Source: an uncultured Pseudomonadota bacterium
GTDB taxonomy: Bacteria > SAR324 > NAC60-12
Length of the DNA: 29,756 nt
Reading direction: 5' to 3'
Assembly (NCBI GenBank): GCA_913020725.1
Contig: CAJWCD010000026.1
Coordinates: forward strand, 1 to 29,756
Shown here: positions 10,761-20,273 of the stretch, in pieces
Layout of the letters: every line of letters begins with the position of its first letter
Position numbering within the stretch: position 1 is the first letter of the stretch
Notes under the pieces: model-generated
What the model saw: only the letters and a program-made list of their open reading frames with translations
Told to the model about the DNA's origin: nothing
The model's database searches: none
Translations under genes and position numbers: made by a program

Positions 10761-11741
10761 CTACTTGATCGCTAACCCCCACGGATAGCGGCCCACGGCA
10801 ATTGACTTGATGACTTTGAGATCTTCCACATCAATAACTGAAATGTCATTGCTGACCCCGTTTGACGTGTAGAGATATTTTTCCTCCGCATCAAATGCCA
10901 ACTGCCAAACACGTTGGCCCACCAGCAAGTATTTCTTCACCTCAAATGTTTGTGTGTCAACAACGGCCACACGGTTGGCAGGGCCAAGAGCGATGAAAGC
11001 CGTTTTGAGATCATGAGTAACCCGCACTCCCACAGGTTGAAGCGCTTCATTGCGCACACCCGGAACATGGAATGTGATTTTCCGGACAACCTTCCGTGTT
11101 TCGTTTGAGATCACGCTGACCGTTCCTCCCACTTCCGAAGAGACCCAAATAAATTTTCCGTCGTCCGTGTATTCGGCGAAGCGTGGACGACTGTCTACCA
11201 AAACATTGTCTGTGATTTCCAAAGTTTCGGTGTCGATGAAATGGGCCATATTGGTCGTTTCGGAAGTGTTGACGATTGTTTTACCGTCCGGACTGACCGC
11301 CATGCCTTCCGGTTCAACTCCAACCGGAATTTCAACCAACACCTGCCCCGTGTTGACGTTGACCACCGTGACCATATTATCATCTTCGTTGGCGATGTAA
11401 AGACGGACACCGTCCGGATGCAAAATGAAAAGTTCCGGATCCGGTCCGGAGGGCAAGGTGTCAATAATTTTGTAAGTTTCGGTGTCCATCACCTCCACAT
11501 GATCATCGTCGCTGGCACAGATGTAGAGGTAGCGTTTGTCTTTGCTCAAAATGATGCCGCGAGGTCGTTGGCCGACTTCAACGGTTTTAATCACCTTAAA
11601 ACTATCAGAATCAATCACACTGATAGTATTATCTTTTTCGTTTGAAACAAAAACTTTGTAAGCCTGAGCCGATGCCCCCCAGAACATGATCCCCAGTCCG
11701 AGCATTGTGCCGGGCAGTATTTTCTTGAATGCTCGATTCAT
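10761..11741 (-). CDS. PQQ-dependent catabolism-associated YVTN beta-propeller protein (PedA2-like)
   Basis: Signal peptide; VFVSNEKDNTISVID, VGQRPRGI, LPSGPDPE, VGVEPEGMAVSPDG repeats; VGRYPWG C-terminus. Confidence 0.92.
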   Translation of the reverse strand: MNRAFKKILPGTMLGLGIMFWGASAQAYKVFVSNEKDNTISVIDSDSFKVIKTVEVGQRPRGIILSKDKRYLYICASDDDHVEVMDTETYKIIDTLPSGPDPELFILHPDGVRLYIANEDDNMVTVVNVNTGQVLVEIPVGVEPEGMAVSPDGKTIVNTSETTNMAHFIDTETLEITDNVLVDSRPRFAEYTDDGKFIWVSSEVGGTVSVISNETRKVVRKITFHVPGVRNEALQPVGVRVTHDLKTAFIALGPANRVAVVDTQTFEVKKYLLVGQRVWQLAFDAEEKYLYTSNGVSNDISVIDVEDLKVIKSIAVGRYPWGLAIK

Positions 11742-11750
11742 TAAATTGGT

Positions 11751-12935
11751 TTATTGCATTTCACATTTTACTTCAGGCCGATCATAACCCAAAGTATCCA
11801 TTTGTGAAAATTGATGCAAGAATTGCCGTTGCGGTGAAACAGAGACCAACGCCCGTGCCGCTGTCAACAATATCGGTTGCCGCAACTGCCCGTTCCATTT
11901 TCGGAAAGTCAGCTTTTGCCCTTTGTAAGCGGCCAGAACAAATTTTTCTCCCTGAATGTAATTGCGGATGTTGCGGAATTTCACGGAACGGGTGCGCGTT
12001 GCACCCTCACCGATAGCACGCACCGCAGACCAAACGCTGTAATCAAGCGGGGTCATCATGCGTCCATAAGTTTTCAAAAAACGACTTTGCATCTGCACCG
12101 CTCCCCATTGTTCGTGCGTCCGATGCCAACTTGTCGGCACTAATCCTTGAGTTCCGGCAATGACTTTCGGCTCCCACGTCCGATACATCAAGTATTCTCC
12201 AAATTCACCGATCACGTCGGCCACCAGCAAGACATCATAATCAACACTTTGTGTGAACACCGGAACTTCGGCTTGTGCGGTACGGCGGGCATCGGGGCCA
12301 TATTCCCAAATTTTTTCTGCGACAATTTTTCCGCCAAAACGCTTGGCCGCCCGTCGCATTGCCGCCGCATAAAGACGGTCCTCTTCACGACGACCAATCA
12401 CAAGAAACCATTTTTTCCAACGCTTACTGATCAGAAACTGCGCCAACGCATCGGCTTGCATGGCCGCACTTGGGAGAATGTGCAAAATGTTGGTGCGACA
12501 ATCTTGGTAACGTAACCGATCAGCGGTTGCACCGACATTGAACAGCAGAGATTCCTTCGCTTCCGGAAGATCGGCAAGTTCTAGTAATTTTCCGGAAGGA
12601 ATGTTCAAAATAAAGAGTTGAATGCCCTCCTTCTGCAATTTCCGGAATGTGCCGATCACATCACCGTTGTATGGTATTTTGATGGTTTGCAAAGAAAATT
12701 CCTGATTCATAAAACGGCCTGTGCCGTTGGTATCACGGATGCCGATTTCTCCGCCCTGAATCCCCTCGTTTTCGATGGGCAAGTCGAGGTTTGAAAGTTT
12801 GGGACGCGACTTTTCCAAGAGAGTGAGATAGACGATTTTTACTTGTTCTGGAGTTTGCTTTTTTTTTACGGCCCAACAAGAATTGACTCCGGAAAACAAA
12901 ATTCCGCTCAGTACAAGTACTATTATTTTTTTCAT
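11751..12935 (-). CDS. ABC transporter substrate-binding protein of PQQ-dependent alcohol dehydrogenase systems (PedA1/LutA-like)
   Basis: DTNGTGRFMNQEF, MQADALAQFLISKRWKKW, HEQWGAVQMQSRF, YKGQKLTFRKWNGQLRQP, DTLGYDRPEVKC. Confidence 0.9.
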   Translation of the reverse strand: MKKIIVLVLSGILFSGVNSCWAVKKKQTPEQVKIVYLTLLEKSRPKLSNLDLPIENEGIQGGEIGIRDTNGTGRFMNQEFSLQTIKIPYNGDVIGTFRKLQKEGIQLFILNIPSGKLLELADLPEAKESLLFNVGATADRLRYQDCRTNILHILPSAAMQADALAQFLISKRWKKWFLVIGRREEDRLYAAAMRRAAKRFGGKIVAEKIWEYGPDARRTAQAEVPVFTQSVDYDVLLVADVIGEFGEYLMYRTWEPKVIAGTQGLVPTSWHRTHEQWGAVQMQSRFLKTYGRMMTPLDYSVWSAVRAIGEGATRTRSVKFRNIRNYIQGEKFVLAAYKGQKLTFRKWNGQLRQPILLTAARALVSVSPQRQFLHQFSQMDTLGYDRPEVKCEMQ

Positions 12936-12949
12936 CAACGGAATCGTTA

Positions 12950-13867
12950 TTACGGTACAATAATCGGATTTCCCTTGCGGTCTAAGAGGAGCAGGCCATA
13001 ACTCATAAGAATCTGGTTGATGTCCTGTTGACGTTTGCGAATAATTTTATTGAGAGTCCGTTTCCACTCGATTTCTCCGTGCCGGACTCCCATCGTAATC
13101 CGGTAATTCATTTTCGGCATATCCGGTTCATCCCGAATCGGCAGTACCGTCATTTTCACATTTTTCCGACCAATGTAATAACCGGCAATCGGCCCCCAAA
13201 GTAAGCCCACGTCAACCTCTCCGGAAGCCACGTCCGCTACCATGTCCCGTCCGGATTTCTGAATTCGAGTGTCCACAATCAATTGATATGGGCGATGATT
13301 GTCGAAAAGTTCATACTTGAGCATCAAGTTTGCGGGCGGAGTCCCCGCGACAACGCCAATACGTAATTTGCGGAACTGTGGGTCAGAAAGTTGGGTTCCG
13401 GTAATTCCTGAATCCTTGCGGAAAAACAGCACAAAAACGGAACGATAATAGTGATTGGTGTTCAGCAAAAGTTCGTGAGCTGACGAGATTCCCATAACAA
13501 GATCGCACTTCCGCACCCGCAAAGTGTTCCGGATGAAGCCCCGCGTTTGCGGAAACCAAGTGTAGTGTATCGGTATTTGGAGTTCCTCGGCAACCACTTT
13601 GGCAATCTTGTTTTCAAAGCCTTCTTCTTTGTCATTGGAAAAGGGGAGATTTCCCGGATCAGCACAGACGCGGAGTGCCGTGCGGTCACGCACCTCCGTA
13701 GTCTGGGCAGATAGAGTTGAAGCAAAAATCAGCAGTCCGAAGATTAAAATTATGCTCCAACAGTTTTTCACAAAATTGCGGTCGGGACGACTGCGGTCCT
13801 TGTAGGTTTTCGTCATTGTTGATTCCGCCGGAACGTCCGGTACGAGTTGTGTTTTGGTGAGTTTCAT
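12950..13867 (-). CDS. xoxJ: XoxJ/MxaJ-family periplasmic binding protein
   Basis: LRVCADPGNLPFSN, GFENKIA, RNTLRVRKCDLVMG, WGPIAGY, MGVRHGE; follows xoxG with an ATGA overlap (a downstream start is possible). Confidence 0.93.
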   Translation of the reverse strand: MKLTKTQLVPDVPAESTMTKTYKDRSRPDRNFVKNCWSIILIFGLLIFASTLSAQTTEVRDRTALRVCADPGNLPFSNDKEEGFENKIAKVVAEELQIPIHYTWFPQTRGFIRNTLRVRKCDLVMGISSAHELLLNTNHYYRSVFVLFFRKDSGITGTQLSDPQFRKLRIGVVAGTPPANLMLKYELFDNHRPYQLIVDTRIQKSGRDMVADVASGEVDVGLLWGPIAGYYIGRKNVKMTVLPIRDEPDMPKMNYRITMGVRHGEIEWKRTLNKIIRKRQQDINQILMSYGLLLLDRKGNPIIVP

Positions 13868-14364
13868 GAGTCCTTCCAAGCATCACTGTTCATACAGGCG
13901 TTTTCGGAATCTCTCGCAATTTGAGGTTTGCGTTGTTTTTGGCGTGGTCTTCCGGGTTTTAGTACGCCAGCGGCACGGGCCTTGAGGTAGGAAAAAATAT
14001 GTTCAACGTAACACATCACGTTCGGGTTGTTGGCGAAGGAGGGCATCACGTTCTGATCGGCCGTGCCCACATTCATCCGTCCGGCCACGACCATCGCCAG
14101 AAATTCCGGATAGCTCATGGTCTTGATGGAGTCTATCAGGCCCGGCGCGTAAGAACTACCCATTCCGTTCGGGCCGTGGCAGACATGGCAGTCGGAGTGG
14201 TAGCGCCGGAAGCCACTGTAACTGTACCAGTCAATCTTCCCCTCCTTCACGTTGTACGGAATGTTCATGTCCCAAGCTTGAGCGGAGACGGTTGTGGGTA
14301 TCCAGAGGAACGCGGTGGCTCCGAGCAGCAAGAGGGCGCGGAAGGCGTTTGGTGTGATTTTCAT
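13864..14364 (-). CDS. xoxG: Cytochrome c, methanol-metabolism related (XoxG)
   Basis: Signal peptide; DWYSYSGFRRYHSDCHVCHGPNGMGSSYAP; NVMPSF..NPNVMCY; directly downstream of xoxF. Confidence 0.93.
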   Translation of the reverse strand: MKITPNAFRALLLLGATAFLWIPTTVSAQAWDMNIPYNVKEGKIDWYSYSGFRRYHSDCHVCHGPNGMGSSYAPGLIDSIKTMSYPEFLAMVVAGRMNVGTADQNVMPSFANNPNVMCYVEHIFSYLKARAAGVLKPGRPRQKQRKPQIARDSENACMNSDAWKDS

Positions 14365-14524
14365 CGGGTTGGTTTGACGAGTGTGGATAAGTGAAGCCCT
14401 TTAGTTTAACCGAAACAACCTTTGAGCAAATCAATCAGGGAAGAGAAGGCTGTAGGGAGGTTTCCGTTCCGGAGAGTGCTTCCCAGCAGGGTGGTCAAGG
14501 GATGGAAATCACCGCCGTGCGGGG

Positions 14525-14551
14525 GCCGAGTGACCGTGAAGGCCACTCGGC
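14525..14551 (-). other. GC-rich stem-loop downstream of xoxF (mRNA stabiliser or pause site; no U-tract)
   Basis: Minus strand GCCGAGTGGCC-TTCAC-GGTCACTCGGC, 11-bp stem with one G-U pair, 12 nt after the stop. Confidence 0.65.
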
Positions 14552-14563
14552 AGATTGGTGTTT

Positions 14564-16354
14564 TTAGAGACTGAAGACGGTCAGCGTACCACCTAACCGG
14601 GTCCAGTTGTTCAGGGCGCGGTAACCGCCCACCGCTCCGAGGCCATCGGTGTCCTTCTCCAAGCCTGCGGCCATACCGATACCAGCCCAGCCACCCACAC
14701 CGGAGAGGATCGCAATGTACTGCTTCCCGCCGTGCTTGTAGGTGGTCACGTTGCCGATGATGCCGGACGGAGTGCGGAACCTCCAGAGTTCACGCCCAGT
14801 GTTGGCATCCACGGCCTTGATGTAGCCCTCCAGCGTTCCGTAGAAAGCAACATCGCCCGCAGTGGAAAGCACTCCGCTCCAGACCGAAAAACGCTCCGGA
14901 TTCGACCAGACAATCTTTCCTTTGACGGCATCCCAAGCGATGAAGTTCCCCATGTGATCACCACCCGGTGCCGGGAACATACTCAGCGTCGCACCGACAT
15001 AAGGTTGCCCCGCAGTATAGGAAACACGGAACGGCTCGTAGTCCATGCAGACATGATTGGTCGGCACATAAAACAAACCGGTGCGCGGCGAGTAGGATGC
15101 TGGTTGTTGATCCTTCGTTCCCAGAGCTGCCGGACAAACGTCGGTGGTGTTGACATCCTCACCATTCTGGTCAGTACTGTAACGCGATACCACTTGCGGC
15201 CGCCCCGTCACCATGTCCACATGCGTCGCCCAGTTGACGGCAGGATCATATTTTTCCGCAACGATCAGTTCACCGGTGGCACGGTCCAACGTGTAACCAA
15301 AGCCGTTGCGGTCAAAGTGAACCAAGACCTTGCGCATTTGGCCGTCGATTTTCTTGTCAGCCAAGATCATCTCGTTGACGCCGTCAAAATCCCACTCGTC
15401 ATGCGGGGTCATCTGATAAACCCATTTGGCCACGCCTGTGTCCACATCACGGGCAAAAATGGCCATGGTCCACTTGTTGTCCCCCGGACGCACCGTCGGG
15501 TTCCAAGTACTCGGATTCCCGGTTCCGTAATACATCAGATTCAGTTCCGGATCAAAGGAATACCAGCCCCAAGAGGAGCCGCCGCCGATTTTCCATTGGT
15601 CGCCCTTCCAGCTATTGAGGCTGGAATTCTTACCGACAGGCTTACCCATCGAGGTGGTGGTAACCGGATCGATGAGCATCTCATGATCCGGCCCAGTGGT
15701 ATAGCCCCGCCAAACCCTCTTGCCGGTGTTGATGTCGTAAGCGGTCATGTGTCCACGCACTCCAAACTCAGCACCGCTGATGCCGACGAACACCTTGTCC
15801 TTGAAGACCATCGGAGCACTCGTTCCGCTGGCGCCGACCCTGAAGTTCTGAGGATCGTTCATCACCGACCAGACTTTGCGACCGGTCTTTGCGTCAAGTG
15901 CAACCAGCGTCGTATCGGCTTGATAAAGAAAGATCTTGCCTGCCGCATAGGACAAGCCGCGATTGACGGTGTCACAGCACATGATCGGAATGACATTGGG
16001 ATCCTGCTTGGGAACGTACTCCCAGAGAATCCGGCCCGGCTCATTCAGATCGAGAGCAAAGACCCTGTTCGGAAACGGGGAATGGAGATACATCGTGTCT
16101 CCGATGATGAGCGGGCCACCCTCGTGACCACGTAGCACACCGGTTGAGAACGTCCAAGCGACTTTCAGCCGATGGACATTCGCCCGGTGGATCTGCGCCA
16201 GTTGGCTGTAGCGATGGTTGGCGTAATTGCCTGTGGGCATGACCCACTCAGACGGGTTTTGCTGTCTGACCAGCAACTCTTCGTTGGCTTGCACACTCAT
16301 TGCGAGCGGCAAGGCCATTGCACAACCTAAGATTGTGACAAGTAATCGCTTCAT
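14564..16354 (-). CDS. xoxF: Lanthanide-dependent PQQ methanol dehydrogenase XoxF (probably XoxF5-like)
   Basis: GGAGGA RBS and signal peptide; [13 protein letters not shown]; vicinal CC (MCCDTVNRG); [27 protein letters not shown] with the extra Ln-binding Asp (MxaF has Ala there); no mxaI. Confidence 0.97.
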   Translation of the reverse strand: MKRLLVTILGCAMALPLAMSVQANEELLVRQQNPSEWVMPTGNYANHRYSQLAQIHRANVHRLKVAWTFSTGVLRGHEGGPLIIGDTMYLHSPFPNRVFALDLNEPGRILWEYVPKQDPNVIPIMCCDTVNRGLSYAAGKIFLYQADTTLVALDAKTGRKVWSVMNDPQNFRVGASGTSAPMVFKDKVFVGISGAEFGVRGHMTAYDINTGKRVWRGYTTGPDHEMLIDPVTTTSMGKPVGKNSSLNSWKGDQWKIGGGSSWGWYSFDPELNLMYYGTGNPSTWNPTVRPGDNKWTMAIFARDVDTGVAKWVYQMTPHDEWDFDGVNEMILADKKIDGQMRKVLVHFDRNGFGYTLDRATGELIVAEKYDPAVNWATHVDMVTGRPQVVSRYSTDQNGEDVNTTDVCPAALGTKDQQPASYSPRTGLFYVPTNHVCMDYEPFRVSYTAGQPYVGATLSMFPAPGGDHMGNFIAWDAVKGKIVWSNPERFSVWSGVLSTAGDVAFYGTLEGYIKAVDANTGRELWRFRTPSGIIGNVTTYKHGGKQYIAILSGVGGWAGIGMAAGLEKDTDGLGAVGGYRALNNWTRLGGTLTVFSL

Positions 16355-16540
16355 GGTTCCTCCATGTAAAGAGTCAAGTCTGTGAACGTGCGTGACGAGG
16401 CCATGCGACCAGCGCACTGCCCGACCCCAGACCGGAGTTTTGAGTCGCGTTACTTACGACCCACCTGCATTCTGCGGCCTTGGACACAAGAAGCCGATCA
16501 GAATGAACTAGACAAAATCATTACAGATTGGATGGCAGGT

Positions 16541-16582
16541 TTCTAGCCCGATCCTATCATAATTTATCTTTATTCTATCAGA
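16541..16582 (-). promoter_or_regulatory. Putative AraC operator upstream of xoxF
   Basis: Minus-strand TGATAG half-sites 21 bp apart (plus-strand CTATCA at 16554 and 16575); 29/42 ungapped identity to 18427-18468 upstream of gfa. Confidence 0.6.
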
Positions 16583-16636
16583 GTCGGTGTGTCTTGAGCG
16601 GATCGCTGCTTTTCGGAAGATCTGCGTAATTCCTCT

Positions 16637-17572
16637 TCAGTTGCGGGACTCTGTACTCTTCCGGACAATCTGGTGCTGGTACTGCTTGGGTGTGAGCCCG
16701 ATGGTGTTCTTGAAGAGCTGGATGAAGTAGCTCAGGGAGTTGAGTCCCGTCATGTGACAGACTTCCGTGACCGTGATCCTCGGCTGGTGGAGGAGGTGCT
16801 TTGCCCGCTCAATGCGCAGTTCATTGATGTACTGCACGGGGGTCATCCCAAATTCGTTCCTGAAGTGGCGGAACAGTTGGGCGATGCTCATGTGCGCTTC
16901 GCGGGCAAGCTGTTTCATGGAGAGGGGTTGTTCCAGATGGGTCTTGAGGTACTCGGCGAGGTGGGCCAAGGGGTGGGTTCCTGCAAGGGGCTTGCTGTGC
17001 TTCAGCAGCCGGATCACGGATTGCAGCTGCAAGACCCGAATGATCAGTTCCATCACCTTGATATCCAACAACGCGGGCTGGAAGATGTGTTGTTCTCGGC
17101 TGACTTGCACCAGTCCCTCAAGAATCTTGTCGATGTGAGGGGTGTTGGGAAAATGGAGGAAGTGGTGGTCTTCGTACCGCCACTCTTCGGATTCCTCGAC
17201 GCGGGCCACCTGCTCGTTGAGTTGGGCAATGATCTTGTTCAGCTGACCCGGGTCGATCTCCACCTTGAGGCATTTGGTGGGTGCCTCCAAGTCGGCGTGG
17301 GGGAAGTCAATCATCACCTCATCGTGTGCGGGGATCATCAGGGATTCACCCGGAACAAACTCGAAAGAGGAGTCGTCTGTGTGGACGATCTTCTTGCCGC
17401 AGAGCATCCCGCAATAGAGCGGGCTGGAGGACTTGAACACCACCCCTTTAGCCTGCACGCTCGTATTGTAGATCGAGAACTCGACATGCTCGGTGTTCCC
17501 GAAGACCACCTTGTCCTCGATGCTCTCCACGGCTTCCCGGTCAGGACGGGATTGCTGCAGTGCAATGCTCAT
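16637..17572 (-). CDS. AraC-family transcriptional regulator (AraC_N-type N-terminal domain)
   Basis: GGAGG RBS before ATG 17572; MLCGKK..FEFVPGES N-domain; double HTH LAREAHMSIAQLFRHFRNEFGMTP...RIERAK...LSYFIQLFKNTIGLTPKQY. Confidence 0.93.
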   Translation of the reverse strand: MSIALQQSRPDREAVESIEDKVVFGNTEHVEFSIYNTSVQAKGVVFKSSSPLYCGMLCGKKIVHTDDSSFEFVPGESLMIPAHDEVMIDFPHADLEAPTKCLKVEIDPGQLNKIIAQLNEQVARVEESEEWRYEDHHFLHFPNTPHIDKILEGLVQVSREQHIFQPALLDIKVMELIIRVLQLQSVIRLLKHSKPLAGTHPLAHLAEYLKTHLEQPLSMKQLAREAHMSIAQLFRHFRNEFGMTPVQYINELRIERAKHLLHQPRITVTEVCHMTGLNSLSYFIQLFKNTIGLTPKQYQHQIVRKSTESRN

Positions 17573-17707
17573 CGGCCTCCCCTCATTCTGGTTGCAAAAA
17601 CATCCCCACCCTGCCGTGCTGAAAGAATCTCTGGCGGGATGGCTTGTGGACACGCTCGGCAGCGAGCGCGGGAGTCATTGTTGACGAATCCCAGAACGGT
17701 GCAAGCG

Positions 17708-17750
17708 GAACCTGCTTTCGGAAAGATGATCCGAAGAAGCCAGCAGGTTC
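17708..17750 (-). other. Bulged stem-loop downstream of gfa
   Basis: GAACCTGCT (17708-17716)/AGCAGGTTC (17742-17750) outer stem plus TTCGGA/TCCGAA inner stem; no U-tract. Confidence 0.5.
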
Positions 17751-17767
17751 AGATGGGGATCAACCGC

Positions 17768-18322
17768 TTACCCTTTGGCGGTGTGGGCGGCGATGAGGTC
17801 CATCAACGGGGGAGACAGGCAATCGTAGGGTTCAAGGCCAATCTCCTTCAGCCTTGCTCGGATCGCACCCATGTCGTTGGGATCCGTTCCGGACTCGATG
17901 ATCGAGGAGACAAAGGCTGCAAATTCCGTAGGGGACCAGCCATCCTCATCGGACAGTTCAGAGTGGACGAAATCCAGTCCGTAGAAGGGGTGCCCTTGAT
18001 TTTCGATCCGCCCGTACATGTGCACACCGCATCCCTTGCAGGCGTAACGTTGAATGGCCGCGCTCGGATCAACGATCTCAAGCTTGTCTCCATTCTCAGT
18101 GACGCTGACATTGTCTCGGGACACCACGGCGATCTGTGAAAACACCGTCCCCTCCGGCTTCCAGCACTTCGTACAGCCACACACATGATTGTGAGCGGTC
18201 TGACTGGAGATGGCCACGACCACTGGATTATCTGCACAAGCGCATTTAAGCGTACCGCCTGAAAAGCCTTCCACTGCGGGCTTAATGCCGTTATCAACCG
18301 AAGGATGTATGGAGATAGCCAT
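17768..18322 (-). CDS. gfa: Glutathione-dependent formaldehyde-activating enzyme
   Basis: [65 protein letters not shown]. Confidence 0.97.
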   Translation of the reverse strand: MAISIHPSVDNGIKPAVEGFSGGTLKCACADNPVVVAISSQTAHNHVCGCTKCWKPEGTVFSQIAVVSRDNVSVTENGDKLEIVDPSAAIQRYACKGCGVHMYGRIENQGHPFYGLDFVHSELSDEDGWSPTEFAAFVSSIIESGTDPNDMGAIRARLKEIGLEPYDCLSPPLMDLIAAHTAKG

Positions 18323-18426
18323 TTCGTTTTCCTGAGTTTGTGTTGAAGAATAGACTCAGCCCTGAGCCTTTAAGCCCAATGGGATGAGCACGACAGAGCC
18401 TAACCTTCTCACAGTTGCTGCAAAAA

Positions 18427-18468
18427 TTCTCACGGAATCTTATCTTTAATTGTCGTTATCCCATCAGA
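18427..18468 (-). promoter_or_regulatory. Putative AraC operator upstream of gfa
   Basis: 29/42 ungapped identity to 16541-16582; half-sites TGATGGGAT and AGATAAGAT 21 bp apart on the minus strand. Confidence 0.55.
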
Positions 18469-18632
18469 CGGGTGCAAATTGAGCAGTCGGATGCTTTTGC
18501 GGGAAGCGGAAGGGAGCAACTCTTTGAGGATCGGATCAGTCCAGCTTGAATTCAGGTCGTAGGATTCTCCAAGGAACTTTTGGGAAGGTTGCAGAACGAG
18601 GACTCAGATGCACTCTTGCCGTGGCACGGGGA

Positions 18633-19910
18633 TCATCCGAACACATCTGTGGTGATGTTCTCGTACCAACTCTGGGCGTATGCGGCCTCCCGTGCCCGTA
18701 GTGATTCGGGTGCATCCTTGGGACTGACACCACCAGCCCCTTTCACGCTGACAATCTCGCTGTTCTCGACACGATACACTCCCGCCACAGAGATCGCGTG
18801 GCCCGGGGTAACGAAGCTGTAGCAGATGTTGAGGTAAGACGGCGGGACCGGACTCTCTTGCCGCAGGTGAGCGACCACCGTTGCTACCGTCACCTTTGCT
18901 TGGCTGTTGGCGGCAAAACCTGACTTGGGCATCGCTCCTGCGAGACTGGCATCGCCAAGCAGGTGGACGTTGGGCAAGTGTCGGGATTCAAAGGTTTCCG
19001 CATGGACGGGGCACCAACCGCTCTCGTCGGCGAGTCCGGAGATGCGGACAACCTTCCCAGCTTGCTGCGCAGGGATGAAGTTGATCACATCCCCGTACTC
19101 CCAGCCGAACTCGGTGCGAACGCGCATTCCCCGCACGTCCAACTCCAGTGGTCGGCCTCCAGCACTGCCCTGCCGCCACTCGATCATCTCCCCGTAGTGC
19201 TGCTGCCAGCCGTCCATGAAAAGCTGCTGCTTGGAGAATTGCTCCTTGGAGTCGAGGATGAGGATTTTGGCTTTGGGGTTGTGATGACGCAGGTCGTGGG
19301 CAATCAAGCTGGCCCGCTCGTAGGGTCCGGGAGGGCAGCGGTACGGATTCTCCGGAGGGCAAATGATCACGGTGCCGCCCTCCGGCATCGCTGCGAGCTG
19401 CTGCCGCAGCCGCGATGTTTGCTCCCCCGCTTGCCACGCATGGGGCATGGCCTCGACAGCAAATTCCCCGTAGCCCGCCATCTGGTCAAAACGGAAATCA
19501 ATTCCGGGAGCGACCACGGCTCGCTCAAACGGCAGCTTGACCCCATCCTCCAGCAGCACGACTCCCGGCTTGACGCGAGCAGCACGGGCGTGAATCACCC
19601 GGATGCCGTACTTGTGTTCGAGCGTCTTGTAATGCTGGGCAAGCTCACCAAATCCCTTGAGATTTCCCAACACAAGGTTGCTGAAAGGGCAGGTATGGTA
19701 GGTCCGCTTCGGCTCGACGAGAGTGACCTCAAGGCTGGAATCGAACCGCTTGAGGTACTTCGCTGCGGTTGCCCCGCCGAATCCTCCACCAACCACGACC
19801 ACCCTGCGCTTTGCGGCCAGCAGAAGTTGTGGAGCGGCCACAGCCATGCTGGTGGCTCCGGCCAGCTTCCCGAAGTTTCTGCGAGTCAAGTTGTGAGTGG
19901 AAGGGGTCAT
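18633..19910 (-). CDS. fccB: Flavocytochrome c sulfide dehydrogenase flavoprotein subunit (FccB/SoxF)
   Basis: Tat motif TRRNF; VVVVGGGFGGATAAKY; YHTCPFSN (FAD-linked Cys); YRCPPGPYERAS; MPKSGFAANSQ; NICYS. Confidence 0.94.
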   Translation of the reverse strand: MTPSTHNLTRRNFGKLAGATSMAVAAPQLLLAAKRRVVVVGGGFGGATAAKYLKRFDSSLEVTLVEPKRTYHTCPFSNLVLGNLKGFGELAQHYKTLEHKYGIRVIHARAARVKPGVVLLEDGVKLPFERAVVAPGIDFRFDQMAGYGEFAVEAMPHAWQAGEQTSRLRQQLAAMPEGGTVIICPPENPYRCPPGPYERASLIAHDLRHHNPKAKILILDSKEQFSKQQLFMDGWQQHYGEMIEWRQGSAGGRPLELDVRGMRVRTEFGWEYGDVINFIPAQQAGKVVRISGLADESGWCPVHAETFESRHLPNVHLLGDASLAGAMPKSGFAANSQAKVTVATVVAHLRQESPVPPSYLNICYSFVTPGHAISVAGVYRVENSEIVSVKGAGGVSPKDAPESLRAREAAYAQSWYENITTDVFG

Positions 19911-20221
19911 GGCTTGCGTTGGGCGAGGGCACGGGCGAGTTGCCGGATTTCCGCATCGGTGTATCCCTTGGCAATGCGGTCCATTATGGTGGCCTTCCGT
20001 GTGCCATTCCGGAACTGCCGCAGTGCAATCTCCAACTCTTGGGCTGACTTGCCGCTTAGCGTGGGAATCGCTCCTGAGTTGTCATCGTCAGGAGCGTGAC
20101 AAGCCGTGCAGGAAAGTGACAGCACAAGCCCCCGCTCCTCTGCTTCTGCGACTTCACCGAGGAAGGCCAAAGGTGCTGCCAGAAACAGGGTTGCAAAAAC
20201 TTGGTGCTTGAGTGAGATCAT
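19907..20221 (-). CDS. fccA: Monoheme cytochrome c subunit of flavocytochrome c (FccA-like)
   Basis: Signal peptide; CTACH; IPTLSG; ATIMDRIAKGYTDAEI; ATGA overlap with fccB. Confidence 0.88.
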   Translation of the reverse strand: MISLKHQVFATLFLAAPLAFLGEVAEAEERGLVLSLSCTACHAPDDDNSGAIPTLSGKSAQELEIALRQFRNGTRKATIMDRIAKGYTDAEIRQLARALAQRKP

Positions 20222-20273
20222 CAGGTTTGTCTCCCTGAGTACCTGCTCTTGTTCTCAGGGATGAGCCAGAGTC

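Noticed and set aside
14732..16135. 467-aa plus-strand ORF
   Set aside because: Antisense shadow of xoxF with no recognisable motifs.
14564..16354. Calcium-dependent mxaF or ExaF/PedH ethanol dehydrogenase call
   Set aside because: The D-F-D motif, absence of mxaI, methanol-dehydrogenase-type motifs and xoxG/xoxJ context favour XoxF.
16673..18139. 488-aa plus-strand ORF
   Set aside because: Antisense to araC and gfa; no domain signal; typical of GC-biased codon usage on the opposite strand.
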